Shown here: positions 9,404 to 19,643 of the stretch, piece by piece
Layout: each line of letters opens with the position of its first letter
How positions within the stretch are numbered: position 1 is the stretch's first letter
IMG/VR virus record: IMGVR_UViG_3300042465_001424
Location: 1 to 52,946 of that record
DNA: 52,946 nt
Origin: a virus
Taxonomy: Duplodnaviria > Caudoviricetes
Reading direction: 5' to 3' (one strand)
Program-made: the position numbers and the translations under genes
The notes under the pieces: model-generated
Told to the model about the DNA's origin: nothing
Seen by the model: only the letters and a program-made list of their open reading frames with translations
Databases searched by the model: none

Positions 9404-9436
9404 AAAATAAATAAATAAACAATTAAATTAAATAAA

Positions 9437-9688
9437 ATGGAAATTACAAAACAAATTACAGCGGAGCAATTAGAGAAAATCGTAGCGGGACAAAAAGATT
9501 TGTCAGCAATCTTAACAAACATTGGTGTATTAGAATCGCAAAAGCATTCCCTATTACATCAATTAGCAGATTTAAATAAACTAGTTGAGGATTTCAAAGC
9601 TGAATTAGAAACAGAATATGGGCCAATCAATATTAATTTAGAGGATGGGTCTTATACTGAAATTGAAACTTCAGAAGTAGTAGAATAA
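9437..9688 (+). CDS. Hypothetical coiled-coil protein
   Basis: 83 aa, heptad pattern followed by YGPININLEDG. Confidence 0.65.
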   Translation: MEITKQITAEQLEKIVAGQKDLSAILTNIGVLESQKHSLLHQLADLNKLVEDFKAELETEYGPININLEDGSYTEIETSEVVE

Positions 9689-9915
9689 TGAATTCAATTA
9701 TTCGCAAGATAAGTATTGGAGCAGACTATAAGAATGAGGCAATGCATTATTCTGTAGGGCAAAATGTTTATGGCGGGCACGAAATTTCACATATACTATT
9801 AGAAGAAGAAGATCGTTCATATAATATATATATTAAAAAAGACAATGAGGTAATGCCATGGAAGAAGTTTAATTCTAACATGGCAATATCCGTTGAATAC
9901 GATTTAGAGTATTAA
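9688..9915 (+). CDS. Hypothetical phage protein
   Basis: 75-aa ORF coupled to both neighbours. Confidence 0.65.
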   Translation: MNSIIRKISIGADYKNEAMHYSVGQNVYGGHEISHILLEEEDRSYNIYIKKDNEVMPWKKFNSNMAISVEYDLEY

Positions 9916-9916
9916 G

Positions 9917-10513
9917 GTGAGAGGTGTCTTCGATTTCATAGTTAAACCTGTGGGGTCTAGATATGAAAATAGTATTGAGGTTGAAGGTAAAGAATTAATT
10001 CTTAATACTAAGATAGAAACTTTCAAATCTGTTAACAATATAGCTGAAGTGATTTCAATTCCATTAGCATATAAAACAGATATAAAAGTAGGTGATACCG
10101 TAATTATACATCATAATGTTTTTAGAAGATTTTATGATATAAAAGGTAAACAAAAAAATAGTAGAGCATACTTCAAAGAGGATTTGTACTTTTGTAGCGC
10201 GGATCAAATCTACTTATATAAAACAGATACACATTGGAGATCATTTGGAGATAGATGTTTTGTTAAACCATTAAAAAATATAGACCATTTAAAGCTTGAT
10301 AAAGAGCGTAAACTTATTGGTATATTAAAATATGGTAATGACTCTTTAAAAGAGTTAAAAATCAATCCTGGGGACTTAGTGGGTTATACTCCTTTCGGAG
10401 AATACGAATTCATTATAGACAACCAGAGATTATATTGTATGAAATCTAATGATATTGTTATTAAGTATGGATATAAAGGAGACGAAGAGGAGTATTGTGG
10501 CCGCGGGACATAA
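9917..10513 (+). CDS. Tandem (two-domain) GroES-like protein
   Basis: Two GroES-like units: FIVKP...AEVISIP...IKVGDTVII and FGDRCFVKP...INPGDLVGY...IDNQRLYCMKSNDI. Confidence 0.65.
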   Translation: MRGVFDFIVKPVGSRYENSIEVEGKELILNTKIETFKSVNNIAEVISIPLAYKTDIKVGDTVIIHHNVFRRFYDIKGKQKNSRAYFKEDLYFCSADQIYLYKTDTHWRSFGDRCFVKPLKNIDHLKLDKERKLIGILKYGNDSLKELKINPGDLVGYTPFGEYEFIIDNQRLYCMKSNDIVIKYGYKGDEEEYCGRGT

Positions 10514-10742
10514 AGCAGTTCTTGAGTTAATTAAAGTCGCGGAAGAAGCAATATTAAATAACGGAGAAGATGATTTGAGCGCAGACAAATTAAAGAATGC
10601 CGCTGCAACTAAAAAGCTAGCAATCTTTGATGCTTTTGAAATTCTTAATAGAATAGAAGAAGAGGAGAGAATGTTAGAAGAGAGCGAAAAGGATCCTAAT
10701 ACTAAAGTATTCAAAGGATTTGCAGAAGGGAGATCTAGATAA
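10467..10742 (+). CDS. Putative terminase small subunit
   Basis: Helical 91-aa protein (start at MDIKE) abutting the large terminase. Positional inference. Confidence 0.5.
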   Translation: MDIKETKRSIVAAGHKAVLELIKVAEEAILNNGEDDLSADKLKNAAATKKLAIFDAFEILNRIEEEERMLEESEKDPNTKVFKGFAEGRSR

Positions 10743-12961
10743 TGTACGAGCAAACACTTTACAGAGTGCTGCCAGATCATATAAAACCTGGTGTCATAAA
10801 GAAAACAAATCGTTATAACAATTGGAAGTATGGGTATAATAAAGACCATGATGTGGTTGTTATTAGTAAGACTGGAAAGATTGGTGAAATTATTGAAATC
10901 CAAAATCTAAAAATAGCATTACCATTATTAGAAAATTCATATAAAAAATCTGATAAAAGAGAACAACAATACTGGAAGCAATTAGAGGTTCCTAAAGAAT
11001 TAGAAAAAATAAAGAATGTATTTGATTGGAATAAATATCCTGATACATTTAAAGAGAAGTATTACGACTATATAGACAATGAGTTTAAATATAGGGACGA
11101 GGGTTTCTCATTTTATAGCAATGGTTCTCCAACATATATAACAGGTACACATTACATGTACTTGCAATGGAGTAAGATTGATGTAGGTGCGCCAGATTTT
11201 AGAGAATCTAATAGATTATTCTTTATATTTTGGGAAGCTTGCAAGGCGGATACTAGGTGTTATGGTATGTGCTATTTAAAGAATAGACGTTCTGGATTTT
11301 CATTTATGTCATCTGCTGAATTAGTTAATATAGCTACGATGTCTAGCGATTCAAGATTTGGTATATTATCAAAGACTGGATCCGATGCTAAGACAATGTT
11401 TACAGATAAGGTTGTGCCTATCTCACTTAACTACCCTTTCTTTTTTAAACCTATCCAAGATGGTATGGATAGACCTAAAACAGAACTTGCATATCGAGTA
11501 CCTGCTTCAAAGTTTACAAGAAGAAAGTTAGATAACAGCGAATCTGCGGATGAATTAGCAGGATTAGACACGACTATTGACTGGAAGAATACTGGAGACA
11601 ATAGTTATGATGGTGAAAAATTAAAAATATTAGTTCAGGATGAGGCCGCTAAATGGTTGAAACCTGATAATATTCTTAACAACTGGCGTGTTACTAAGAC
11701 TTGTTTAAGATTAGGTAGCAAGATTGTTGGTAAATGTATGATGGGGTCTACCTCAAATGCATTAGACAAAGGGGGATCTAATTATAAAAAACTATATTAT
11801 GACTCAGATGTTGAGAAAAGAAACCGCAATGGACAGACTAGCTCAGGATTATATAGTTTGTTCATACCTATGGAATGGTCGTTCGAGGGATTCATTGATA
11901 CTTATGGCCTACCTGTATTCGATACGCCAGAAAAACCAATCAAAGGAGTTGACGGGAATGAAATAGATTGTGGAGTTATTGAGCATTGGCAAAATGAAGT
12001 AGATGGTTTAAAATCAGATTCTGATGGATTAAACGAATACTACAGACAGTTTCCAAGAACAGAACAACATGCGTTTAGAGACGAAACAAAACAATCATTG
12101 TTTAATCTTACTAAGATATACGAACAGATTGATTATAATGATGATTTAAGAAATACCGGTGTTCTAACTAAAGGTAGTTTCCAATGGTCAAATGGTATAC
12201 TTGATTCTAAGGTAGATTTTTATCCAAATAAAGATGGTAGATTTCTAATATCTTGGGTACCTCCTAAGCATTTGCAAAACCGCGTAATAATAAAGGATGG
12301 ATACAAATATCCAGGTAATGAACACTGTGGCGCATTTGGATGCGATAGTTATGATATATCTGGGACTGTAGACAATAGAGGTTCTAATGGTGCATTACAT
12401 GGGTTGACAAAATTCTCTATGGAAGATGTACCGCCTAACCATTTCTTTTTAGAATATATAGCTAGACCTCAAACAGCAGAAATCTTTTTTGAAGAAATAT
12501 TAATGGCTTGTGTATTTTATGGTATGCCAATTTTGGCAGAGAATAACAAAGCAAGATTGTTGTATCATTTTAAAAGAAGAGGCTATAGAGGGTTTTCAAT
12601 GAATAGACCTGATAAAATTTGGAATAAATTATCGCCAGCAGAAAAAGAAATTGGAGGTATACCAAACTCGGGCCAAGATATTATACAAGCGCATGCCGCG
12701 GCAATAGAAACTTATATAGAAAACTTTGTAGGTTATAATACTGATTCTCATGGGGATATGTATTTTCAAAAAACATTAGAAGACTGGGCCAGATTTAATA
12801 TAAATGATAGAACAAAACATGATGCTTCTATTAGTTCAGGATTGGCCATAATGGCATGTAATAAGCATATGTATACCCCAACAAGTACCTTTCAAAAAGA
12901 CGCGGTTTCTTTAGGGTTCAAAAGATATAATAATGATGGTCATAGTTCAAAAATAATATAA
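10742..12961 (+). CDS. terL: Terminase large subunit
   Basis: Walker A-like KNRRSGFS, Walker B LVQDEAAKW, coupling motif GST, RNase H-like GCDSYD and terminal HD. Confidence 0.9.
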   Translation: MYEQTLYRVLPDHIKPGVIKKTNRYNNWKYGYNKDHDVVVISKTGKIGEIIEIQNLKIALPLLENSYKKSDKREQQYWKQLEVPKELEKIKNVFDWNKYPDTFKEKYYDYIDNEFKYRDEGFSFYSNGSPTYITGTHYMYLQWSKIDVGAPDFRESNRLFFIFWEACKADTRCYGMCYLKNRRSGFSFMSSAELVNIATMSSDSRFGILSKTGSDAKTMFTDKVVPISLNYPFFFKPIQDGMDRPKTELAYRVPASKFTRRKLDNSESADELAGLDTTIDWKNTGDNSYDGEKLKILVQDEAAKWLKPDNILNNWRVTKTCLRLGSKIVGKCMMGSTSNALDKGGSNYKKLYYDSDVEKRNRNGQTSSGLYSLFIPMEWSFEGFIDTYGLPVFDTPEKPIKGVDGNEIDCGVIEHWQNEVDGLKSDSDGLNEYYRQFPRTEQHAFRDETKQSLFNLTKIYEQIDYNDDLRNTGVLTKGSFQWSNGILDSKVDFYPNKDGRFLISWVPPKHLQNRVIIKDGYKYPGNEHCGAFGCDSYDISGTVDNRGSNGALHGLTKFSMEDVPPNHFFLEYIARPQTAEIFFEEILMACVFYGMPILAENNKARLLYHFKRRGYRGFSMNRPDKIWNKLSPAEKEIGGIPNSGQDIIQAHAAAIETYIENFVGYNTDSHGDMYFQKTLEDWARFNINDRTKHDASISSGLAIMACNKHMYTPTSTFQKDAVSLGFKRYNNDGHSSKII

Positions 12962-12964
12962 TAG

Positions 12965-15364
12965 ATGATTTATACAAATAGTAATAGTTCTTTCCCTAGC
13001 CAGGTGGTACCTGATGAAGAAAAACAAAGTTATGAATATGGTGCTTTAGTTGGCAGAGCTATTGAAAACGAATGGTTTAGAGGAGATCGCGTTGGCGGTG
13101 GAGTTGGAAACCGTTGGGGATCTAACTGGCAAAACTTTCATAGACTTAGACTTTACGCAAGGGGCGAGCAACCTGTACAAAAATATAAAGATGAATTATC
13201 TATAAATGGTGATTTATCATATCTTAATTTAGATTGGAAACCTATTCCTATTATACCTAAATTTGTAGATATTGTCGTTAATGGATTAAGTAATAAGAGT
13301 TATGAGATTAAAGCTTATGCTCAAGATCCTGAAGCAACAAAACAAAAAACAGACTATGCCGCTGGTATATTAAGAGACATGATGGCTAAAGAGTTATTGG
13401 ATGAGATCCAATCAAAATTAGGAGCTAACTTATATAATACGCTTGATCCAAGCAAATTACCAGAGACTACTGAAGAACTTGAAATACATTTGCAATTAGA
13501 TTATAAACAATCTATTGAAATCGCAGAAGAAGAAGTAATTAATCAAATATTAGATACTAATAAATATGATTTAGTTAGTAAAAGGCTAAACTATGATTTA
13601 ACAGTATTAGGTATTGCAGCTGCAAAAACAAATTGGAACCCGGCAAATGGTATTACAATTGACTGGGTAGATCCCGCGACATTAGTTTATTCTTATACAG
13701 AAGATCCAAACTTTGAAGATATTTATTATGTTGGGGAGGTTAAGTCTATTAGTTTAGAAGAATTAAAAAAACAATTTCCACATTTATCTGATGCAGATTT
13801 AAAAGAAATAGAAAAATATCCTGGAGATGTTAATTACACTCGTAATTATTATGGACAGGACCAAAGTGATAATACAGTACAAGTACTTTACTTTGAATAT
13901 AAAACTTATTCAAACCAGGTATTTAAGATTAAACAAACAGAGCAAGGATTAGAGAAAGCATTAGAGAAACCTGATACTTTTAATCCGCCAACAAGTGATA
14001 ACTTTGAAAGAGTATCCAGAACAATTGAGGTATTATATTCAGGAGCAAAGATTTTAGGATTTGAAAAAATGCTAGAATGGAAATTAGCCGAGAATATGAC
14101 TAGGCCCTATGCTGATACTACTAAAGTAGAAATGAATTATGCTATTTGTGCACCTAGAATGTATAAAGGTAAGATTGAATCTTTAGTAAGTAGAATTACT
14201 ACATTTGCCGATATGATTCAGTTAACACATTTAAAACTACAACAAGTACTATCTAGAATGGTGCCAGATGGAGTTTTTGTAGATGTAGATGGCTTAGCGG
14301 AAGTTGATTTAGGGAATGGTACAAATTACAATGCTGCTGAAGCTTTAAATATGTATTTTCAAACTGGTAGTATTGTTGGTAGATCGCAATCGCAAGATGG
14401 CGGAATGAATCCGGGCAAAGTGCCAATTCAAGAATTACAAACATCGTCAGGTAACGCTAAGATAAGTTCTTTAATATCTACTTACCAGTATTACTTACAA
14501 ATGATTCGTGATGTAACCGGATTGAATGAAGCAAGAGATGGTAGTTCACCAGATAGAGACGCGTTAGTAGGATTACAAAAAATGGCTGCCGCAAATTCAA
14601 ATACATCAACTCGTCATATTAAAGACGCTAGTCTATTCTTAACATTAAGAGTATGTGAGAATGTATCCTTAAGGATTAGTGATTCTTTAAACTTTCCTTT
14701 AACAAGACAATCTTTAATTGAAAGTATATCTATATCTAATGTGGAAACACTAAAAGAAATTGTAAACTTAAACTTACATGACTTTGGTATCTTCTTAGAG
14801 TTGGAACCAGAAGATGAAGAAAAAGCGCAGCTAGAACAAAACATACAAATGTCTTTACAGACAGGCAGTATAGATCTAGAGGATGCTATTGATTTAAGAG
14901 AAATTAAAAATCTTAAACTTGCTAATCAATCTTTAAAATATAAAAGAAAGAAAAAACAAGAACAAGTACAAGCAAATCAACAAGCGAATATACAAGCACA
15001 AGCGCAAGCAAACGCTCAAGCATCTGAAGCCGCTGCATTAGCAGAGGTACAAAAGCAACAAGCGTTAGCGCAAACCGAGATTCAAATATTACAATCAAAA
15101 TCTCAATTTGAAATACAAAGAATGCAACAGGAGTTATTGATTGAGAAACAAAAGATGGCTCAGAAGTTTGAGTATGATATGCAACTTGCCCAAGTACAGT
15201 TAGGTATTGCTCAGCAAAAACAAACACAGGCAGAAGATCGTAAAGATCAAAGAACAAAAATACAAGCAACACAACAATCGGAATTAATAGACCAAAGAAA
15301 AAATAATTCTATGCCTAAGGATTTTGAATCTTCTTATGATGATTTATCAGGGTTCGGAATGTAA
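12965..15364 (+). CDS. Portal protein
   Basis: 799 aa after TerL. IPIIPKFVDIVVNG and IRDVTGLNEARDG motifs, long Q-rich C-terminal coiled coil, as in crAss-like/P22-like portals. Confidence 0.85.
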   Translation: MIYTNSNSSFPSQVVPDEEKQSYEYGALVGRAIENEWFRGDRVGGGVGNRWGSNWQNFHRLRLYARGEQPVQKYKDELSINGDLSYLNLDWKPIPIIPKFVDIVVNGLSNKSYEIKAYAQDPEATKQKTDYAAGILRDMMAKELLDEIQSKLGANLYNTLDPSKLPETTEELEIHLQLDYKQSIEIAEEEVINQILDTNKYDLVSKRLNYDLTVLGIAAAKTNWNPANGITIDWVDPATLVYSYTEDPNFEDIYYVGEVKSISLEELKKQFPHLSDADLKEIEKYPGDVNYTRNYYGQDQSDNTVQVLYFEYKTYSNQVFKIKQTEQGLEKALEKPDTFNPPTSDNFERVSRTIEVLYSGAKILGFEKMLEWKLAENMTRPYADTTKVEMNYAICAPRMYKGKIESLVSRITTFADMIQLTHLKLQQVLSRMVPDGVFVDVDGLAEVDLGNGTNYNAAEALNMYFQTGSIVGRSQSQDGGMNPGKVPIQELQTSSGNAKISSLISTYQYYLQMIRDVTGLNEARDGSSPDRDALVGLQKMAAANSNTSTRHIKDASLFLTLRVCENVSLRISDSLNFPLTRQSLIESISISNVETLKEIVNLNLHDFGIFLELEPEDEEKAQLEQNIQMSLQTGSIDLEDAIDLREIKNLKLANQSLKYKRKKKQEQVQANQQANIQAQAQANAQASEAAALAEVQKQQALAQTEIQILQSKSQFEIQRMQQELLIEKQKMAQKFEYDMQLAQVQLGIAQQKQTQAEDRKDQRTKIQATQQSELIDQRKNNSMPKDFESSYDDLSGFGM

Positions 15365-15398
15365 AGAATTTTATTAACCAATTTTATATTATTATATT

Positions 15399-16574
15399 AT
15401 GTCAGAACAAGTAAGACAAGAAGGGGAGTTTAAACTTCAAAAGAAAAAAGCTCCTATGAAAAAGTTAGATAAACCTAATGTAGTTTCAAAAGTAGATTTA
15501 ACAACTAAACCAATTATAGATGCCGTTCAAGAGCAAAGCACAAATGAAAGCGTGTTGGTCAATCAAGAGCCCAAAGTGGGATTGCAAGAAGTGGGCGAAG
15601 GAAACTCCGTCAACATCCAAGTTGCCAATGAAGTTAATCAAGAAGAAGTAGTTACTGTAATTCAAGAGATAACTCAGGAAGAAGTTAATACTGCTGCTGA
15701 AACATTGATTGAAGAAACAAACAAAGCTATTGAAAAGGCTGAAATAACCGGTAAACCATTGCCAGAAAACGTTGAAAAATTAGTTTCTTTTATGGAAGAG
15801 ACTGGTGGAACGGTTGAAGACTATGTCAGATTAAACGCCGATTATTCTTCTATTAGTAGTGAAAAATTATTAAAAGAATATTATAAAAAGTCGAGACCAC
15901 ATTTAGACGCCGAAGAGATTGATTTCTTAATGGAAGATGAATTTAGTTATGACGAAGACGAAGATGATGAGCGAGACATCAGAAAAAAGAAACTCGCATT
16001 CAAAGAAGAAGTTGCAAAAGCTAAAAACTTTTTAGAAGATCTTAAAGGTAAATATTACGAGGAAATCAAGTTGAGACCTGGAGTTACCAAAGAACAACAA
16101 AAAGCTACAGACTTTTTTAACCGATACAATGAAGAACAAACATACGTGGAAACACAACACTCTAAGTTTAAAGACGACACTAAGGGTTTTTTCTCTCAAG
16201 ACTTCAAAGGTTTTGATTTCAAGATAGGAGAAAAGAATTTTAGATATGGCGTACAGAATGCAGAAGTTGTGGCAGATAAACAATCAAACATTACAAACCT
16301 GGTTAAGAAGTTCTTAAACGATAAAGGTGAAGTTACAGATTTGAAAGGATATCACAAAGCTATGTATGGCGCTGAGAATATAGATACTATTGCAAGTCAT
16401 TTTTATGAACAAGGTAAAGCCGATGCGATTAAAGAGGTTGTTGCAAAATCTAATAATACTACAACTACCCCAAGACAAACGTCAACAGGTGAGATATTTA
16501 TTAATGGATTAAAAGTAAAAGCAATTAACGGCGTAGATTCTACAAAATTAAAAATTAAAAAATTTAACAATTAA
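15399..16574 (+). CDS. Putative capsid scaffolding protein
   Basis: Very acidic, helical, located between portal and capsid genes. Confidence 0.6.
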   Translation: MSEQVRQEGEFKLQKKKAPMKKLDKPNVVSKVDLTTKPIIDAVQEQSTNESVLVNQEPKVGLQEVGEGNSVNIQVANEVNQEEVVTVIQEITQEEVNTAAETLIEETNKAIEKAEITGKPLPENVEKLVSFMEETGGTVEDYVRLNADYSSISSEKLLKEYYKKSRPHLDAEEIDFLMEDEFSYDEDEDDERDIRKKKLAFKEEVAKAKNFLEDLKGKYYEEIKLRPGVTKEQQKATDFFNRYNEEQTYVETQHSKFKDDTKGFFSQDFKGFDFKIGEKNFRYGVQNAEVVADKQSNITNLVKKFLNDKGEVTDLKGYHKAMYGAENIDTIASHFYEQGKADAIKEVVAKSNNTTTTPRQTSTGEIFINGLKVKAINGVDSTKLKIKKFNN

Positions 16575-16587
16575 AACTTAAACAATT

Positions 16588-18033
16588 ATGGCAGCAATTA
16601 CGCCTACGTTTGGAAGTATAGTTCCTTCTCAGAAGCAACAAGCTTTAAACACAAATTATTTGAATTTCACGGATCCAACTAATCCTGATTTTTCATCTTT
16701 CGCGCAGCAATACTTACCTGAAATCTACGAAGCTGAAGTAGAGCGTTACGGAAACAGAACTCTTTCTGGATTCTTACGTATGGTAGGAGCAGAAATGCCA
16801 ATGTCTTCTGATCAAGTTATCTGGTCAGAACAAAATAGATTACACGTTGCTTACAATGATGTTGAGATTATCGATGGTAATACCATTAGTATTCCTGTAG
16901 ACGTTACTCCGGCAAATCCTGCTGATTATGTAGCTAACGTGCTTTCTATCAACCAAACAATCGTTATTATGAACCCTGCTACAGGTGTTGAATTAAAAGC
17001 AATTGTAACTAACAAACCAACTGCTGATAATGGGACTGTAGATGTAGCTTCTTATACTACTGCTGCTTTGACTCCAACATTCACTGCTGGTGATTTAGTT
17101 AAAATCTTCGTTTTTGGTTCTGAGTATGCTAAAGGTTCTACTTTGGCTGGAGATGATTACCAATCAATTACACCTTCTTTCACTCAATTTTCTAACTCTC
17201 CAATCATTATCCGTAACAAATATGTTGTTAATGGTTCTGACACTGCACAAGTAGGATGGGTAGAAATTGCAACTGAAGATGGTGCTGGTGGATTCTACTG
17301 GTATTTGAAAGCTGAGTCTGAAACAAGATTACGTTTTGAAGATTATCTTGAAATGTCTGTTGTTGAGGGTGAATTAGCTGCAACTGGTTCTGCTGCTGCA
17401 ACTGCTGGTAAAAAAGGTACTCAAGGTTTATTCTCTGCTGTTCAAGATAGAGGTAATGTATTGAATAACTTTACTGCTACAGGAGGTTTAAATGATTTTG
17501 ATTCAATCCTTAAAAACTTAGATACTCAAGGAGCAATTGAAGAAAACATGTTATTCTTAAATCGTCAAACATCTTTAGACTTTGATGATATGCTTGCTAA
17601 ATTATCTGCTGGATCTGCGGGTGGGGTTGCTTACGGTTTGTTTGAAAACTCTGAAGAAATGGCTTTGAACTTAGGTTTCTCTGGATTCCGTAGAGGTTCT
17701 TACGATTTCTACAAAACTGACTGGAAATACTTAAATGATGCGTCTACTCGTGGAGCTGTTGCAAATTCTGGTATTGATGGTATCTTGGTTCCTGCTGGAA
17801 CTTCTACAGTTTACGATCAAATCTTAGGAACTAATATCCGTAGACCATTCTTACATGTTCGTTATAGAGCTGCACAAGCTGACGATAGAAGAATGAAATC
17901 ATGGGTAACTGGATCTGTTGGAGGTGCTTACACATCTGATCTTGATGCAATGGAGGTAAACTTCTTGTCTGAAAGATGTTTATGTGTTCAAGGAGCTAAC
18001 AACTTTGTATTGTTTACTTCGGTAACAGTATAA
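16588..18033 (+). CDS. Major capsid protein
   Basis: 481 aa, strongly biased codon usage (gct/ggt/act), position after scaffold, TQGLF motif, followed by a terminator. Confidence 0.85.
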   Translation: MAAITPTFGSIVPSQKQQALNTNYLNFTDPTNPDFSSFAQQYLPEIYEAEVERYGNRTLSGFLRMVGAEMPMSSDQVIWSEQNRLHVAYNDVEIIDGNTISIPVDVTPANPADYVANVLSINQTIVIMNPATGVELKAIVTNKPTADNGTVDVASYTTAALTPTFTAGDLVKIFVFGSEYAKGSTLAGDDYQSITPSFTQFSNSPIIIRNKYVVNGSDTAQVGWVEIATEDGAGGFYWYLKAESETRLRFEDYLEMSVVEGELAATGSAAATAGKKGTQGLFSAVQDRGNVLNNFTATGGLNDFDSILKNLDTQGAIEENMLFLNRQTSLDFDDMLAKLSAGSAGGVAYGLFENSEEMALNLGFSGFRRGSYDFYKTDWKYLNDASTRGAVANSGIDGILVPAGTSTVYDQILGTNIRRPFLHVRYRAAQADDRRMKSWVTGSVGGAYTSDLDAMEVNFLSERCLCVQGANNFVLFTSVTV

Positions 18034-18049
18034 ATATTTATTGTAAATT

Positions 18050-18087
18050 TCGCCCTTGTTAAATTACGAGGGCGACTTTTACTTTTT
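18050..18087 (+). terminator. Rho-independent terminator after capsid gene
   Basis: TCGCCCTTGT-taaatt-ACGAGGGCGA stem followed by CTTTTACTTTTT. Confidence 0.75.
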
Positions 18088-18111
18088 AAAAACAATTAAT
18101 TATATTATATT

Positions 18112-18876
18112 ATGTCAAAAACACAAGCCCCTATCGCGGAAGCATGGGAACAAAAAGATAGAACATATTTGTTAACCGGTACTCATAGTCCATTAACATA
18201 CACAATCTCTTCAAGGCATTCAGCAAGATTTCCATTATTATGGTTTGACGCTACAACAGGAGAGCAAAAAGAATTAAGATATGCAACTAATATGAATACT
18301 CCATTTATTGAAGAACAAAAAGGAGAAGCTACATTAGGTCATATTATGTTTAAAAATGGTACTTTGTTTGTGCCAAAAGAGAAACAAAACTTACAAAAAT
18401 TATTATCTTTATATCACCCAATGTTAAATAAAAAATATCGTGAGTTTAGCGCTGTTCAAAAAGCAACAAACGAATTGGATATTTTAGAATTACAAGTTGA
18501 AGCAATGACAGCTGCAATGGGTATGGATATAGATCAAGCTGAAGCGATTATACGTGTTGAGGTTGGATCTAAGGCGTCTAAGATGACTTCTAAGGAGATA
18601 AAAAGAGATTTGTTACTATTTGCCAGAAGTAATCCTAGTTTGTTCTTAGAACTGGCTAATGATGAAAATGTACAACTTCGTAATTTTGCGATTAAAGCAT
18701 GCGAGGCAAATATTATCAAACTATCACAAGATCAAAGAGATTTTAAATGGGCAAGTAACGGCAAGAAATTAATGACCGTTCCATTTGATGAAAATCCTTA
18801 TTCCGCTATGGCAGCATTCTTCAAGACCGATGAAGGCGTTGAGATCTACCAATCAATAGCGAAAAAATTTGAATAA
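18112..18876 (+). CDS. Conserved virion-module hypothetical protein
   Basis: 254-aa ORF right after the capsid gene. Confidence 0.65.
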   Translation: MSKTQAPIAEAWEQKDRTYLLTGTHSPLTYTISSRHSARFPLLWFDATTGEQKELRYATNMNTPFIEEQKGEATLGHIMFKNGTLFVPKEKQNLQKLLSLYHPMLNKKYREFSAVQKATNELDILELQVEAMTAAMGMDIDQAEAIIRVEVGSKASKMTSKEIKRDLLLFARSNPSLFLELANDENVQLRNFAIKACEANIIKLSQDQRDFKWASNGKKLMTVPFDENPYSAMAAFFKTDEGVEIYQSIAKKFE

Positions 18877-18918
18877 TACGTAATATTAATATATAGGCGG
18901 TGGCTTTGGTTACCGCCT
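18872..18918 (+). promoter_or_regulatory. Class B motif (TACGTAAT) followed by a GC-rich hairpin
   Basis: AATAATACGTAATATTAAT, then AGGCGGTGGC-TTTG-GTTACCGCCT (18895-18918) with no clear U-tract. Confidence 0.45.
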
Positions 18919-18941
18919 TAATATTATAATAAAAATAACAG

Positions 18942-19637
18942 ATGGCAATAAATGTAGATACGGTTTATAGAACCGTTTTATTAATTATCAATAAGGAACA
19001 ACGAGGTTATATAACCCCTGATGAATTTAATAAAACAGCAACGCAAGTTCAACTAGAAATATTCAATGAATATTTTGAAAATCTAAATCAGCAAATCCGT
19101 ATACCGGATAATGATACAGAGTATAGCGATCGTGTTAAAAATTTACAACAAAAAATTGCTATTTTCCAAACAGATGGAACTTGTTTGCCTACTACAGGCG
19201 GATTTAACATTCCAGCAGTAACTGACTTTTATAAGTTAGGTACAGTCATTTATAATGATGACAAAGAAATTCAATATGTTCAACCAAATGAATTATTAGA
19301 ATTGAATCTATCTCCAATAACCAAACCTTCTTATTATTGGCCAGTATATACTTATAAAGATTTTATAATTAAAGTATACCCAACAACTATAACTTCTGGT
19401 ATTTCTTGTACTTATGTTAGAAAGCCGGCTAATCCAGTATGGAATTTTGTTCTAGGCACAAACCAGCAATATATATATGATAGCGCTTCCTCTGTTCCGT
19501 TTGATTTGCACCCAATAGAGCAAACAAACTTAGTAACCAGGATACTTTTATATTCGGGCATCGTTATTAAAGATCCTCAAATTATACAAATAGCTGCTCA
19601 ACAAGTACAAGCGGAAACCATTAATTCAAAAAGCTAA
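18942..19637 (+). CDS. Tail ring / head-tail adaptor-like protein
   Basis: NKEQRGYITPDEFN and YVRKPANPVW motifs and position resemble crAss-like ring proteins. Confidence 0.55.
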   Translation: MAINVDTVYRTVLLIINKEQRGYITPDEFNKTATQVQLEIFNEYFENLNQQIRIPDNDTEYSDRVKNLQQKIAIFQTDGTCLPTTGGFNIPAVTDFYKLGTVIYNDDKEIQYVQPNELLELNLSPITKPSYYWPVYTYKDFIIKVYPTTITSGISCTYVRKPANPVWNFVLGTNQQYIYDSASSVPFDLHPIEQTNLVTRILLYSGIVIKDPQIIQIAAQQVQAETINSKS

Positions 19638-19643
19638 TAAAGT

